DNA of 64,000 bases from Longimicrobiales bacterium. Lineage in GTDB: Bacteria; Gemmatimonadota; Gemmatimonadetes; Longimicrobiales; Gaopeijiaceae. This document shows, piece by piece, positions 19,065-27,622 of this stretch. The notes beneath the pieces were generated by a model. The model was not told the DNA's origin, ran no database searches, and was given only the letters and a program-made list of their open reading frames with translations. The translations under genes and the position numbers were made by a program. Every line of letters starts with the position of its first letter. The first letter of the stretch is position 1. The stretch spans positions 800,001 to 864,000 of the forward strand of contig OZ241892.1 in assembly GCA_965203485.1 (NCBI GenBank), read 5' to 3'.

Positions 19065-20008
19065 GACGCCGGACTCGCTGGGCGCTGGTGGTCGGAGCGG
19101 GGATCGTCGTGGTTGCCGCAACCGCGTTCAGCGTGTTCCGCAAGGACCTTGCCCGGACCCGCCGGACGCTGGCAACGCTCGAAGAGGTGTCGAACGTCCT
19201 TGGGGCGGAGCTGCTCATGGAGTTGCCCGGCAAGCTTCGCGAGAGTTCGGGCGTGGCCGTCAGCGTACGCAACGACGGGCTCTTCTGGACGCACAACGAC
19301 TCGGGCGACGACGCCGTCCTCTACGCCCTGAGGCCGGAGGACGGGTTCGTCGGAGAAGTCCGCTTGACGGGCGCGGAGGCGGAGGACTGGGAGGACATCG
19401 CGACGGGTCCCTGCATCCGCGATGCCTCTGCGCCGTGCGTCTACATTGGCGACATCGGCACCAACACCAGGAGGCGGAGCCGCCTGGGACTTCTGGTCTT
19501 GGAGGAGCCCCGGATCGACGAAGCCGGGGCGTTGCCGACCGAGGTTCCATGGACGGCACTCGCGTTGAGCTACCAGGGCGGCCCTCGGAACGCCGAGGCG
19601 CTCGCCGTCTCCCAGGGCGGCGACCTGCTGATCGTGGACAGGCACGGCACCGTCTTTCGCGCGTTGCGCCGCGAACTGGAAGCGGGCGTGGAAGGAGGAC
19701 TGGTGGTCTTGCGCCCGAACGGGACCCTGCCGTTGCCGCCGGAGCCTCCGGGCAACTATCGGGGCGCCGTTTCGGCTGCGACCATGCGTGGCGCCGTGCT
19801 CGTGGTGAGGACGTACTCCGGGGTCTTCTTCTTCGAGCGGGCCGAGCCCGACTGGCGCACCGTGCGCCAGCCCTGCTGGGTCGGCCACCTCGGGCCGGCC
19901 GGCGAAGGACTGGACGTGGCGCCTCCCGACATCCTGTACTTGACGCGGGAGCGCAAGTTCGGCTTCGATCGTCCCGCGGCCCTGCACAAGGTGGCCTGCG
20001 CTCCGTGA
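19061..20008 (+). CDS. Membrane-anchored or secreted hypothetical protein (beta-propeller-like)
   Basis: N-terminal TM helix; ESSGVAVS...WTHNDSG, DWEDIA, YIGDIG, NAEAL, VRTYS, GEGL. GTG overlaps the ltaE stop. Confidence 0.75.
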   Translation: MRRRTRWALVVGAGIVVVAATAFSVFRKDLARTRRTLATLEEVSNVLGAELLMELPGKLRESSGVAVSVRNDGLFWTHNDSGDDAVLYALRPEDGFVGEVRLTGAEAEDWEDIATGPCIRDASAPCVYIGDIGTNTRRRSRLGLLVLEEPRIDEAGALPTEVPWTALALSYQGGPRNAEALAVSQGGDLLIVDRHGTVFRALRRELEAGVEGGLVVLRPNGTLPLPPEPPGNYRGAVSAATMRGAVLVVRTYSGVFFFERAEPDWRTVRQPCWVGHLGPAGEGLDVAPPDILYLTRERKFGFDRPAALHKVACAP

Positions 20009-20180
20009 CGCTGCCAAGCGTCCGGCGCCCCCGCGCGCCAAGCTAGGCCGGCGCGGATCTCGGCGCGGCGGGTCCGGCTTCCCAAGCCCCACAATCCCAC
20101 GAGTCCCGCCCAGGCGTCCTGGACGGGAACGCGGGACCTTTGGACGGATGCCGCCTGCCCCGGCGAATCCAACAGGGTCC

Positions 20181-20209
20181 TTGAAAAAAAGTTAGGCTTG
20201 CCTAACTTT
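20181..20209 (+). promoter_or_regulatory. Sigma70-like promoter overlapped by a DtxR/MntR-type operator
   Basis: TTGAAA (20181) - 16 nt - TAACTT (20203). Inverted repeat AAAGTTAGGC-TT-GCCTAACTTT (20188-20209) contains TTAGG-N4-CCTAA. Confidence 0.85.
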
Positions 20210-20255
20210 GTGGACCTGAGCCGAGGCCGAACCGAGCGCGTCGCGGAGCGTCCCG

Positions 20256-21281
20256 ATGTCCGATCCAGCTGTCAATCTGGTCGTGTTCGCAGCGCTTGCG
20301 CTGGCGTGCGCCGCCTTGTTGCGGCCCGGATCGCGGCTGGCGGAGCGGATTGGGAGACTCTGGCGAACGAGCGAGCGAGTCCGGGTCGAGGACGTGCTGA
20401 AGCAGGTGTACAAGCTGGAGCAAGAAGAAGGGGCGGCGACGGCGGCGAGCGTGGCCGCTGGGACCGGCATGCGCCGCCAGCTCGCGGCGCGCCTGCTGGG
20501 GATGCTGGAAGACAAGGGGCTTGCGGCGTCGCGCGACTTCGGGTTCCGCATGACGCCGGCGGGTCGGGCCTACGCCTTGCGCGTCGTGCGCGCGCACCGG
20601 CTGTGGGAGCGGTTCCTGGCCGACCGGACGGGAGTTCGGCCCGAGGACTGGCACGACGAGGCCGAGGCTCACGAGCACGAGCTCACGGCGGCGGAGGCCG
20701 ACGAACTCGCCGCGGCCTTGGGCAACCCGGCGTACGATCCTCACGGCGACCCCATCCCCAGCGCGGCTGGAGACGTGCCCGACAGCTCGGGAGTTCCGCT
20801 GTCCGGGCTGAAACCCGGCCAGCACGCCGTCGTGACGCATGTGGAAGACGAGCCTCGCGAGGTCTACCACGAGCTGGTTGCGCTCGGCCTCGGCCCGGAG
20901 GTCGCCGTCGAGCGCCTGGACGGGCCGGCGGGCGCGGTGCGGCTTCGCGTCGACGGCGCCGTGCGCGACCTGGAGGCCCCAACCGCCGCGAACGTGGCCG
21001 TGCGCGTGCGCGCGGATGGGCACGCCTCGTCGTGGACGGCGACGCTGGCGGAACTTCCGGCGGGTTGCGCGGCCGTGGTGGCCGGACTGTCGCCGCTGTG
21101 CCGGGGTCCTGCGCGCAGGCGGCTCCTCGACCTGGGAATCGTGCCTGGGACGAACGTGGCCGCCCGGTTGCGCGCGCCCGGCGGCGGTCCCGTCGCGTAC
21201 GACGTGCGAGGCGCGCTCATCGCGTTGCGCCGCGACCAGGCGGAGTTCGTCCATGTGGAAGCCGCAGGAGGGAGTCCATGA
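20256..21281 (+). CDS. DtxR/MntR-family protein with N-terminal TM helix and two FeoA (SH3-like) domains
   Basis: EDVLKQVY, HRLWERFL, HDEAEAHEH, LGNPAYDPHGDPIP; C-terminal RRRLLDLGIVPG...PVAYDVRGALIALRRDQA. Confidence 0.88.
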   Translation: MSDPAVNLVVFAALALACAALLRPGSRLAERIGRLWRTSERVRVEDVLKQVYKLEQEEGAATAASVAAGTGMRRQLAARLLGMLEDKGLAASRDFGFRMTPAGRAYALRVVRAHRLWERFLADRTGVRPEDWHDEAEAHEHELTAAEADELAAALGNPAYDPHGDPIPSAAGDVPDSSGVPLSGLKPGQHAVVTHVEDEPREVYHELVALGLGPEVAVERLDGPAGAVRLRVDGAVRDLEAPTAANVAVRVRADGHASSWTATLAELPAGCAAVVAGLSPLCRGPARRRLLDLGIVPGTNVAARLRAPGGGPVAYDVRGALIALRRDQAEFVHVEAAGGSP

Positions 21282-23458
21282 CGAGCCAGGCCGCCCGCGC
21301 GCCCGCCGCGCCCGCGAGCCATTTGGTGAGGCTGGGGCTCGATCCGCGCAAGTGGGACTGTCTCGTTGCGCTCGCGGGGAACCCGAACGTCGGCAAGACC
21401 ACGGTCTTCAACGCGCTGACGGGCCTCCGCCAGCACACGGGAAACTGGCCCGGCAAGACCGTGACCCGGGCCGAAGGCGTGTTCGCGCACCGCGGCCGGC
21501 GGGTCAAGGTGGTGGACTTGCCGGGTGCCTACTCGCTGCGGGCGGGCAGCGTGGACGAGGAGGTGGCGCGCGACTTCGTGTTGTTCGGCAGGCCCGACGT
21601 GACGGTCGTGGTCGTCGACGCGGCGCGGCTGGAGCGCAACCTGGGGCTGGCGTTGCAGGTCCTCGAGATAACGGACCGCATGGTCGTGTGCCTCAACTTG
21701 GTCGACGAGGCGCAACGGCACGGTGTTTCGGTGGACGTTGCGCGCCTCGAGAAGGAACTTGGCGTCCCGGTCGTCCCGGCGGTTGCCCGGCGGAGCGAGG
21801 GGATCGGCGCGTTGCTCGACGAGGTCGCCGCCGTGGCCTCGGGCGAGGCGCGCACCCGCCCGCGCCGTTCAGCGCCCCTCCCGCCGGAGATCGACGACGC
21901 CGTAGACGCGCTTCGCGAGGTCGTCGAGGAGGAGTGCCCGGACCTGCCCAACGCGCGCTGGGTGGCGTTGCGGCTGCTCCATGCCGACGAGAGCGTCGCG
22001 GCCGCGCTCCGGTCGGGCGAGATCGCTGGTGCGCCGGGGCCGGCGGGCGCGGAGCGGATCCTGCGGGCGGCCACTCGACGGCGCTGGTCGGCGGGTCCGG
22101 GACTCGGCGACGCGATGGCGGAATCGCTGTACCGCGAAGCGGCCCAAGTCGCGGGCAAGTGCGTCGCGCGCACCGGCCGGGGACCGAGACGCTTCGAGCG
22201 CGCGCTGGACCGCTGGCTCACGAGTCCCGCGACCGGCTTTCCGATCATGCTGGGCGTGCTTGCAGTGGTTTTTTGGATGACGATCGCGGGGGCCAACGTT
22301 CCTTCCGCCATGCTGGCCACGGCGCTGATCGACCGGTTGCATCCCGCGCTCTTGGACTTCGGCGCGTCTGCGGGCATGCCATGGTGGGCGAGCGGGTTCC
22401 TCTTCGACGGAGTCTATCTCGCCACGGCGTGGGTGGTGAGCGTGATGCTTCCGCCAATGGCCATTTTCTTCCCCCTCTTCACGTTGCTGGAGGACTTCGG
22501 CTACTTGCCCAGAGTCGCGTTCAACCTGGACTCCCTCTTTCGCCGGGCGGGCGCCCACGGCAAGCAGGCGCTGACGATGGCCATGGGCTTCGGTTGCAAC
22601 GCGGCGGGCGTCGTGGCGGCGCGCATAATCGACAGTCCGAGGGAACGCCTCATCGCGATCATCACCAACAACTTTTCTCTGTGCAACGGGCGATGGCCCA
22701 CTCAGATACTGATCGCCACCATCTTCATAGGCGCCCTGGCGCCGCCCGCGTTCGCGGGCTTGGTGTCGGCCGCTGCCGTGGTCGCGATCGCGCTGCTAGG
22801 CGTCGGATTCATGCTGGGCGCGTCCTGGCTGCTTTCCAACACGGCGCTCAGGGGCGAGGCGTCCACTTTCTCGCTGGAGCTGCCGCCGTACCGGACGCCG
22901 CGCGTATTGCAGACGCTGTACACGTCGGTCGTGGACCGCACGTTGATCGTATTGTGGCGCGCAGTGCTGTTCGCGATGCCGGCGGGCGCCGTCATCTGGT
23001 TGCTCTCCAACGTCTCGTTCGCGGGCGTGTCGCTTGCGGAGCATGCCATGGCGGGCCTCGACCCGTTCGGCGTGCTCCTCGGGCTCAACGGCGTGATCCT
23101 GCTCGCCTACGTGATAGCCATACCCGCCAACGAGATCGTCGTTCCCACGGTCCTGATGCTCACCGTGCTTGCGCTGGGCGACCCCGCGCTCGGGGCGGGC
23201 GCGGGCGTGATGTTCGAGCTCGATTCGGCGGGCGAGGTGGCCGGCCTGCTGGAAGCCGGCGGCTGGACCGTCTTGACCGGAGCGAACCTCATGCTGTTCA
23301 GCTTGCTCCACAATCCGTGCTCGACGACGCTGTACACGATCTACAAGGAAACCGGCAGCCTGCGGTGGACGGCCGTGTCGGCGCTGTTGCCGCTCGCGGC
23401 CGGCTTCGCCGCCTGCTTCGTCGTGGCGCAGGTCTGGCGCTTGGCCGGGAGCGGGTAG
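21278..23458 (+). CDS. feoB: Ferrous iron transporter FeoB
   Basis: G1 GNPNVGKT, NWPGKTV, DLPGAYSL, NLVD; membrane domain LEDFGYLPR, MGFGCN, LELPPY, HNPC. ATG overlaps the previous stop. Confidence 0.96.
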   Translation: MTSQAARAPAAPASHLVRLGLDPRKWDCLVALAGNPNVGKTTVFNALTGLRQHTGNWPGKTVTRAEGVFAHRGRRVKVVDLPGAYSLRAGSVDEEVARDFVLFGRPDVTVVVVDAARLERNLGLALQVLEITDRMVVCLNLVDEAQRHGVSVDVARLEKELGVPVVPAVARRSEGIGALLDEVAAVASGEARTRPRRSAPLPPEIDDAVDALREVVEEECPDLPNARWVALRLLHADESVAAALRSGEIAGAPGPAGAERILRAATRRRWSAGPGLGDAMAESLYREAAQVAGKCVARTGRGPRRFERALDRWLTSPATGFPIMLGVLAVVFWMTIAGANVPSAMLATALIDRLHPALLDFGASAGMPWWASGFLFDGVYLATAWVVSVMLPPMAIFFPLFTLLEDFGYLPRVAFNLDSLFRRAGAHGKQALTMAMGFGCNAAGVVAARIIDSPRERLIAIITNNFSLCNGRWPTQILIATIFIGALAPPAFAGLVSAAAVVAIALLGVGFMLGASWLLSNTALRGEASTFSLELPPYRTPRVLQTLYTSVVDRTLIVLWRAVLFAMPAGAVIWLLSNVSFAGVSLAEHAMAGLDPFGVLLGLNGVILLAYVIAIPANEIVVPTVLMLTVLALGDPALGAGAGVMFELDSAGEVAGLLEAGGWTVLTGANLMLFSLLHNPCSTTLYTIYKETGSLRWTAVSALLPLAAGFAACFVVAQVWRLAGSG

Positions 23459-23582
23459 CGCCCGGCGAAGACTTCGGCATCCCGCCGGGCCGTCGCGCCG
23501 CCGAGACGCTCCGGAGGGTCGGCCTGGACGCCCCCCACGTCGAGAGGGCCGACCGAGCGGAGCGCGGCCCCCGGGGGCCGGG

Positions 23583-25013
23583 TCAATTCGGCGGGCCTGC
23601 CGGTGCGCCGGCGGCTTCCAGCATCTCGTCCACTGTGCACATCTTCACCCGGGGGCGGCCTTGCGCCTTGCCCATCGCAGTCTCGCGGGCGTCCAGCCGA
23701 AGCCAGCCGTCCTTGTCGATCCATCGAATGCGGCGTGCGCGAAGGAGGTCGGCCACGTCTTCCTGGGCGTCTCGGCCGGCGTCGGCCGCGGTTCCAGCCC
23801 GGCTCTCCTCGGGCCGCCCAGCGCCGCCGAGTCCGATGCCCGCGCTCGCGTCCGCGACCATCGCGGCGACCGTCTCGGCCGCGTCGGCCTTGTTCGTGCC
23901 GATCACTCCGGACGGCCCCCGCTTGGCCCACCCCGAAACGTACTCGCCCGGCAACGGCTCTCCCCCTGGACCCAGCACGCGGCCCTCGTCGTTGGGAACG
24001 ATCCCCCGGCGTTCGTCGAAGGGCACGCCCGGGACCGGTTCGCCGCGGTAGCCCACCGAGCGCAGGACCAGTCCGCACGGGATCGTCTCCACCTCTCCGG
24101 TCCCGAGCGCCCGCAACGTCCCGTCGGTTCCCGCGGCCAGCTCGTTGCGCTCCACGCGAAGTCCGTGCACCTGTCCGCCCCGCCCCGCGATCGCCACCGG
24201 CGACGCCAGGAAGCGGAAGCGCACTATCCTGTCGCCGACCGCCGGCCCGCCACCCGCGTAGCCCCGCAAGACCTCCATGTTGCGGCCGCGCACGCGGTCG
24301 GACGCAACCAGCGCCTCGCTGTCCGGGTCGAGGGCCAGTTGGCGCTCGTCCACGGTGGCCGACACGCCCGCCAGCGTGCCGAACTCCTTGAGCTCCGGCG
24401 TGGAGAACGATGCTTGCGCGGGCCCCCGGCGGCCCAGGACCACCACCTCGCGCACGCGGCTCTCGCGCAACGCCGCCAGCGCGTGGCAGGCGATGTCGGT
24501 CGTCTCCAGCCGGCCCGGTTCGAGCACCAGGATGCGCGCCACGTCGAGCGCCACGTTGCCGTTGCCGACGACGGCCACGGTTCGGCATCCGAGATCGAAG
24601 CGGGCGCCGCGGTAGTCCGGGTGCCCGTTGTACCATCCAACGAATTCCGTGGCGGCGCGGCTCCCCCTCAGCGCCTCGCCGGGAATGCCCAGCGGCCTGT
24701 CCGTCTGGCAACCGACCGCATAGACGATTTGGTCGTAGATGTCGCGCAGGGCGTCCACCGGCACGTCTCGGCCGACCTCCACGTTGCCGAAGTAGCTGAC
24801 CTCTTCGCGGGCCAGCAACCGCGCGAACACCTTCGACACCGACTTTATCGGCTCGTGGTCGGGCGCCACTCCGTCGCGGACGAGTCCGTAGGGCGCGGGC
24901 AGGCGGTTGAACAGGTGGATCAGGGCGTCCGGCGCATCCTTGAGCAGCGCGGCCGCCGCGAAGAAGCCCGCCGGCCCGGCGCCCACCACGGCGATGCGGC
25001 GCTTGCGATTCAT
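23583..25013 (-). CDS. Ferredoxin-NADP+ reductase (adrenodoxin reductase/FprA-like)
   Basis: VVGAGPAG, GLVRDGVAPDH, FVGWYNGHP, GNGNVALDVAR, GWAKRGPSGVIGTN. Confidence 0.93.
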   Translation of the reverse strand: MNRKRRIAVVGAGPAGFFAAAALLKDAPDALIHLFNRLPAPYGLVRDGVAPDHEPIKSVSKVFARLLAREEVSYFGNVEVGRDVPVDALRDIYDQIVYAVGCQTDRPLGIPGEALRGSRAATEFVGWYNGHPDYRGARFDLGCRTVAVVGNGNVALDVARILVLEPGRLETTDIACHALAALRESRVREVVVLGRRGPAQASFSTPELKEFGTLAGVSATVDERQLALDPDSEALVASDRVRGRNMEVLRGYAGGGPAVGDRIVRFRFLASPVAIAGRGGQVHGLRVERNELAAGTDGTLRALGTGEVETIPCGLVLRSVGYRGEPVPGVPFDERRGIVPNDEGRVLGPGGEPLPGEYVSGWAKRGPSGVIGTNKADAAETVAAMVADASAGIGLGGAGRPEESRAGTAADAGRDAQEDVADLLRARRIRWIDKDGWLRLDARETAMGKAQGRPRVKMCTVDEMLEAAGAPAGPPN

Positions 25014-25182
25014 GGCGTCGAGAACATTCGGCGCGCTTCCCGCGGCGGCCCTTCGGCCTGCTCCTGCGGCCTGGCCGGCCGACTGTCGAGCGACAAGGAT
25101 GCTGGTGTTCCCAGGCGGCTCCCTCGACGCGGCGCCGGTTGACTAGCCCCCGGTCGGCGCGCCAGCTTTGGACGTACGAAGA

Positions 25183-25212
25183 AGGAGAACCACGGACAGG
25201 AGAACCAAGGAC
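25183..25212 (+). repeat. 15-bp tandem direct repeat (one mismatch) upstream of cytochrome c
   Basis: AGGAGAACCACGGAC / AGGAGAACCAAGGAC. Confidence 0.7.
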
Positions 25213-25222
25213 TGAGGACAAT

Positions 25223-25750
25223 ATGGGCCACGACAGGTTGCGGGACATGGGACGAGCGGGTTCGGCGTGGCGGCCGCGAACGACGTGGCCGGGTGCGGCC
25301 TCGCTGGTCTTCTTGCTTGCGTGCGGGGCGGGGGACTCGTCCGGCGAGGGCGGCGCCCCCTCGGAATCGGACGAGGAAGCCGGAGCCGGCATGGGAGCCG
25401 AAACCGCGAGCGAGGTGGGAGGCGGGGAGCTGGCGATCGACCCGGCGATGCTGCCGGACGGCGTCACGGCAGACATGGTCAGGCAGGGCAAGGAGCTCTT
25501 CGAGGGCGGCGGGATCTGCTACACGTGCCACATGCAGGACGGCAAGGGCGGGCCGCTGGCTCCGGACCTGACGGACTCGGCATGGCTCAACGTGGACGGC
25601 GAGTACGCGTCGATCGTGGAACTCGTCAAGGAGGGCGTGGCCCAGCCGCTGGAGCACCCCGGCGTCATGTTGCCGCGCGCGGGCATGGCCCTGACCGACG
25701 ATCAGGTTGCCGCCGTGGCCGCGTACGCCTACATGCTGAGCCGCTTTTGA
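25223..25750 (+). CDS. Monoheme cytochrome c lipoprotein
   Basis: Lipobox LLAC; CYTCH heme motif; APDLTD; distal Met in MLPRAG. Confidence 0.88.
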   Translation: MGHDRLRDMGRAGSAWRPRTTWPGAASLVFLLACGAGDSSGEGGAPSESDEEAGAGMGAETASEVGGGELAIDPAMLPDGVTADMVRQGKELFEGGGICYTCHMQDGKGGPLAPDLTDSAWLNVDGEYASIVELVKEGVAQPLEHPGVMLPRAGMALTDDQVAAVAAYAYMLSRF

Positions 25751-25845
25751 CCGGCGAGCTTCCATAGGAGTCCGCGAACGCCCCAGCGACGGGAGGTCGC
25801 CGCCCGCCGCCCGCGCGTCGCTTGCCGAGTGTCCCGGCGAACGGG

Positions 25846-26982
25846 TCAGGCGTCGTCCCCGAACAGGTCGCGTTGCGGCCGGGGCCGCGCAAACGAGTCC
25901 AGCGAGAGCGGCGGCGAAGGGCGGTCCAGGCCGAACTTGCGGACGGCGACCTTGAAGAGCGAGGCCAAGTGCTCCGCGTACCGGCCCTCTCCGCGAAAGC
26001 GCTTGTGGAACGCCGATTCGTTCAGTCTGCCGCCACGGGTCTCGCGAATGCGGGCCAGCACCTTGTCCTTGCGGCCGGGGAAGCGCTCCGACAGCCATGT
26101 CGTGAAGTGCTGATCCACGCCGTCGGGAAGGCGCAGCAGCAGGAAGGCCGCGCCCGTGGCCCCGGCGGCCGCGGCCGCCTCCAGGATTGCCGGCATCTCG
26201 TGGTCCGTCAGCCCCGGGATCACCGGTGCGACGTTGACGCACACCGGCACGCCGGCCCGGGACAGCGTTCGGATCGCGTCCAGGCGCTTGGCCGGAACGG
26301 AGGTCCGGGGCTCCATGACCCGTTGCAGTGCATTGTCCAGGGTCGTCACCGACACCGTCGCGCTGGCGCAACCGTGCTCCGCCATCTCGGCCAGGATGTC
26401 CGAGTCGCGAGCCACGAGGTGATTCTTGGTGACGACGCACGCCGGGTTGCGGAAGTCCCTCAGCACCGACAGGCAACCCCGCGTGATCCGCAAGCGGCGC
26501 TCGACGGGCTGGTAGGGGTCTGTCACGCCCGAGATGCCGATCGCCGACGGCTTCCAGGACCGGCTCGACAGCGCCTTGCGAAGGAGCGCCGGAGCGTCGT
26601 GCTTCACCATGATCTTGCGCTCGAAGTCCAGGCCCGACGAGAATCCCAGGTACTCGTGCGTCGGCCGCGCGTAGCAGTAGACGCACCCGTGCTCGCACCC
26701 CCGGTATGGGTTGACCGAACGGCTGAAGGGGATGTCCGGGCTCTGGTTCGACGACACGATCGTCCTTGAGGCGTCGGCGATGAACTCGGTGGGAGGGGAA
26801 GCGAGTTCCGAGGACCGCGACGCCGGGGGATGGGACGCGCTTCGTCCGCGCGCCGAATCCGGAGTGGCCGAGCAGTCCGCGGATTGCGGAGCCTCTTGCG
26901 GATCCAGCGCGAGGTGGACGCTCTCGAATCGGTTCGGCGGATCGTGTTGGACGGCGCGTCCGCGCATGAGAGGAAGGCCCAT
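25846..26982 (-). CDS. PA0069/Rv2578c-family radical SAM protein (spore photoproduct lyase-like)
   Basis: SPDIPFSRSVNPYRGCEHGCVYCYARPTHEY, TDPYQPVE, MEPRT, APVIPGLTD. Confidence 0.93.
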   Translation of the reverse strand: MGLPLMRGRAVQHDPPNRFESVHLALDPQEAPQSADCSATPDSARGRSASHPPASRSSELASPPTEFIADASRTIVSSNQSPDIPFSRSVNPYRGCEHGCVYCYARPTHEYLGFSSGLDFERKIMVKHDAPALLRKALSSRSWKPSAIGISGVTDPYQPVERRLRITRGCLSVLRDFRNPACVVTKNHLVARDSDILAEMAEHGCASATVSVTTLDNALQRVMEPRTSVPAKRLDAIRTLSRAGVPVCVNVAPVIPGLTDHEMPAILEAAAAAGATGAAFLLLRLPDGVDQHFTTWLSERFPGRKDKVLARIRETRGGRLNESAFHKRFRGEGRYAEHLASLFKVAVRKFGLDRPSPPLSLDSFARPRPQRDLFGDDA

Positions 26983-27030
26983 CGTTTCAAGTTCGCATTA
27001 TGTTCGGCTTTCCGCAAGCAAGGAGACCCG

Positions 27031-27444
27031 GTGGAGATAGACGAGCTCGAGCGCAGGCTGGCGAGCCTGTCGGACCGAACGTTGCGCTACCAGTACGTCA
27101 TCCAGCTCGGGCGCAAGCTGCCGCCCATGCCTCCCGAGCTCAAGACCAGCAAGACAATGGTTCGCGGATGCATGAGCCCAGCATGGCTGTCCGGCGGCCT
27201 GGGCGAAGGCGATCCGCCTGTGCTCCGCTTCGTGGGCGACTCGGAATCCGTGATCGTCAAGGGATTGTTCGCCGTCCTGGCGGGCGTGTTCAACGGCAAG
27301 ACGCCGGAGGCCGCCTTGGCGATCGACCTGTCGGACGTCTTCGAACGCCTTAAGCTGGGCGAAGCCCTCAGCCCCAACCGGCGCAACGGCTTCTACTCGA
27401 TGGTCGAACAGATTCGCCGGGCCGCTGCCTCGCTGGCCTCCTAG
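27031..27444 (+). CDS. sufE: Fe-S cluster assembly sulfur acceptor SufE
   Basis: RYQYVIQLGRKLP, VRGCMS, DSESVIVKG, LSPNRRNG; AGGAG before the GTG start. Confidence 0.92.
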   Translation: MEIDELERRLASLSDRTLRYQYVIQLGRKLPPMPPELKTSKTMVRGCMSPAWLSGGLGEGDPPVLRFVGDSESVIVKGLFAVLAGVFNGKTPEAALAIDLSDVFERLKLGEALSPNRRNGFYSMVEQIRRAAASLAS

Positions 27445-27622
27445 CTGGGCCGCCGCCCCCGCCCCGCGAGCGCCGGCCCTGCCGCTCGCCCGGAACCTTG
27501 CGCGCCCTTCCCAGCCCACGCCACCTTCCAAGGCGACGACGCTTCCATCTTCTTCCGAGCTTCCCCGCCGGGCAAAGGAACGCCCCCGCGAGACCGGGAC
27601 GAGCCGCCCAGGCGCCTGACCC

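Noticed and set aside
20198..23458. 1086-aa ORF suggesting an N-terminally extended FeoB
   Set aside because: The first 360 codons are a shadow of the DtxR-FeoA gene in another frame; FeoB starts at ATG 21278 with a GGGAG SD.
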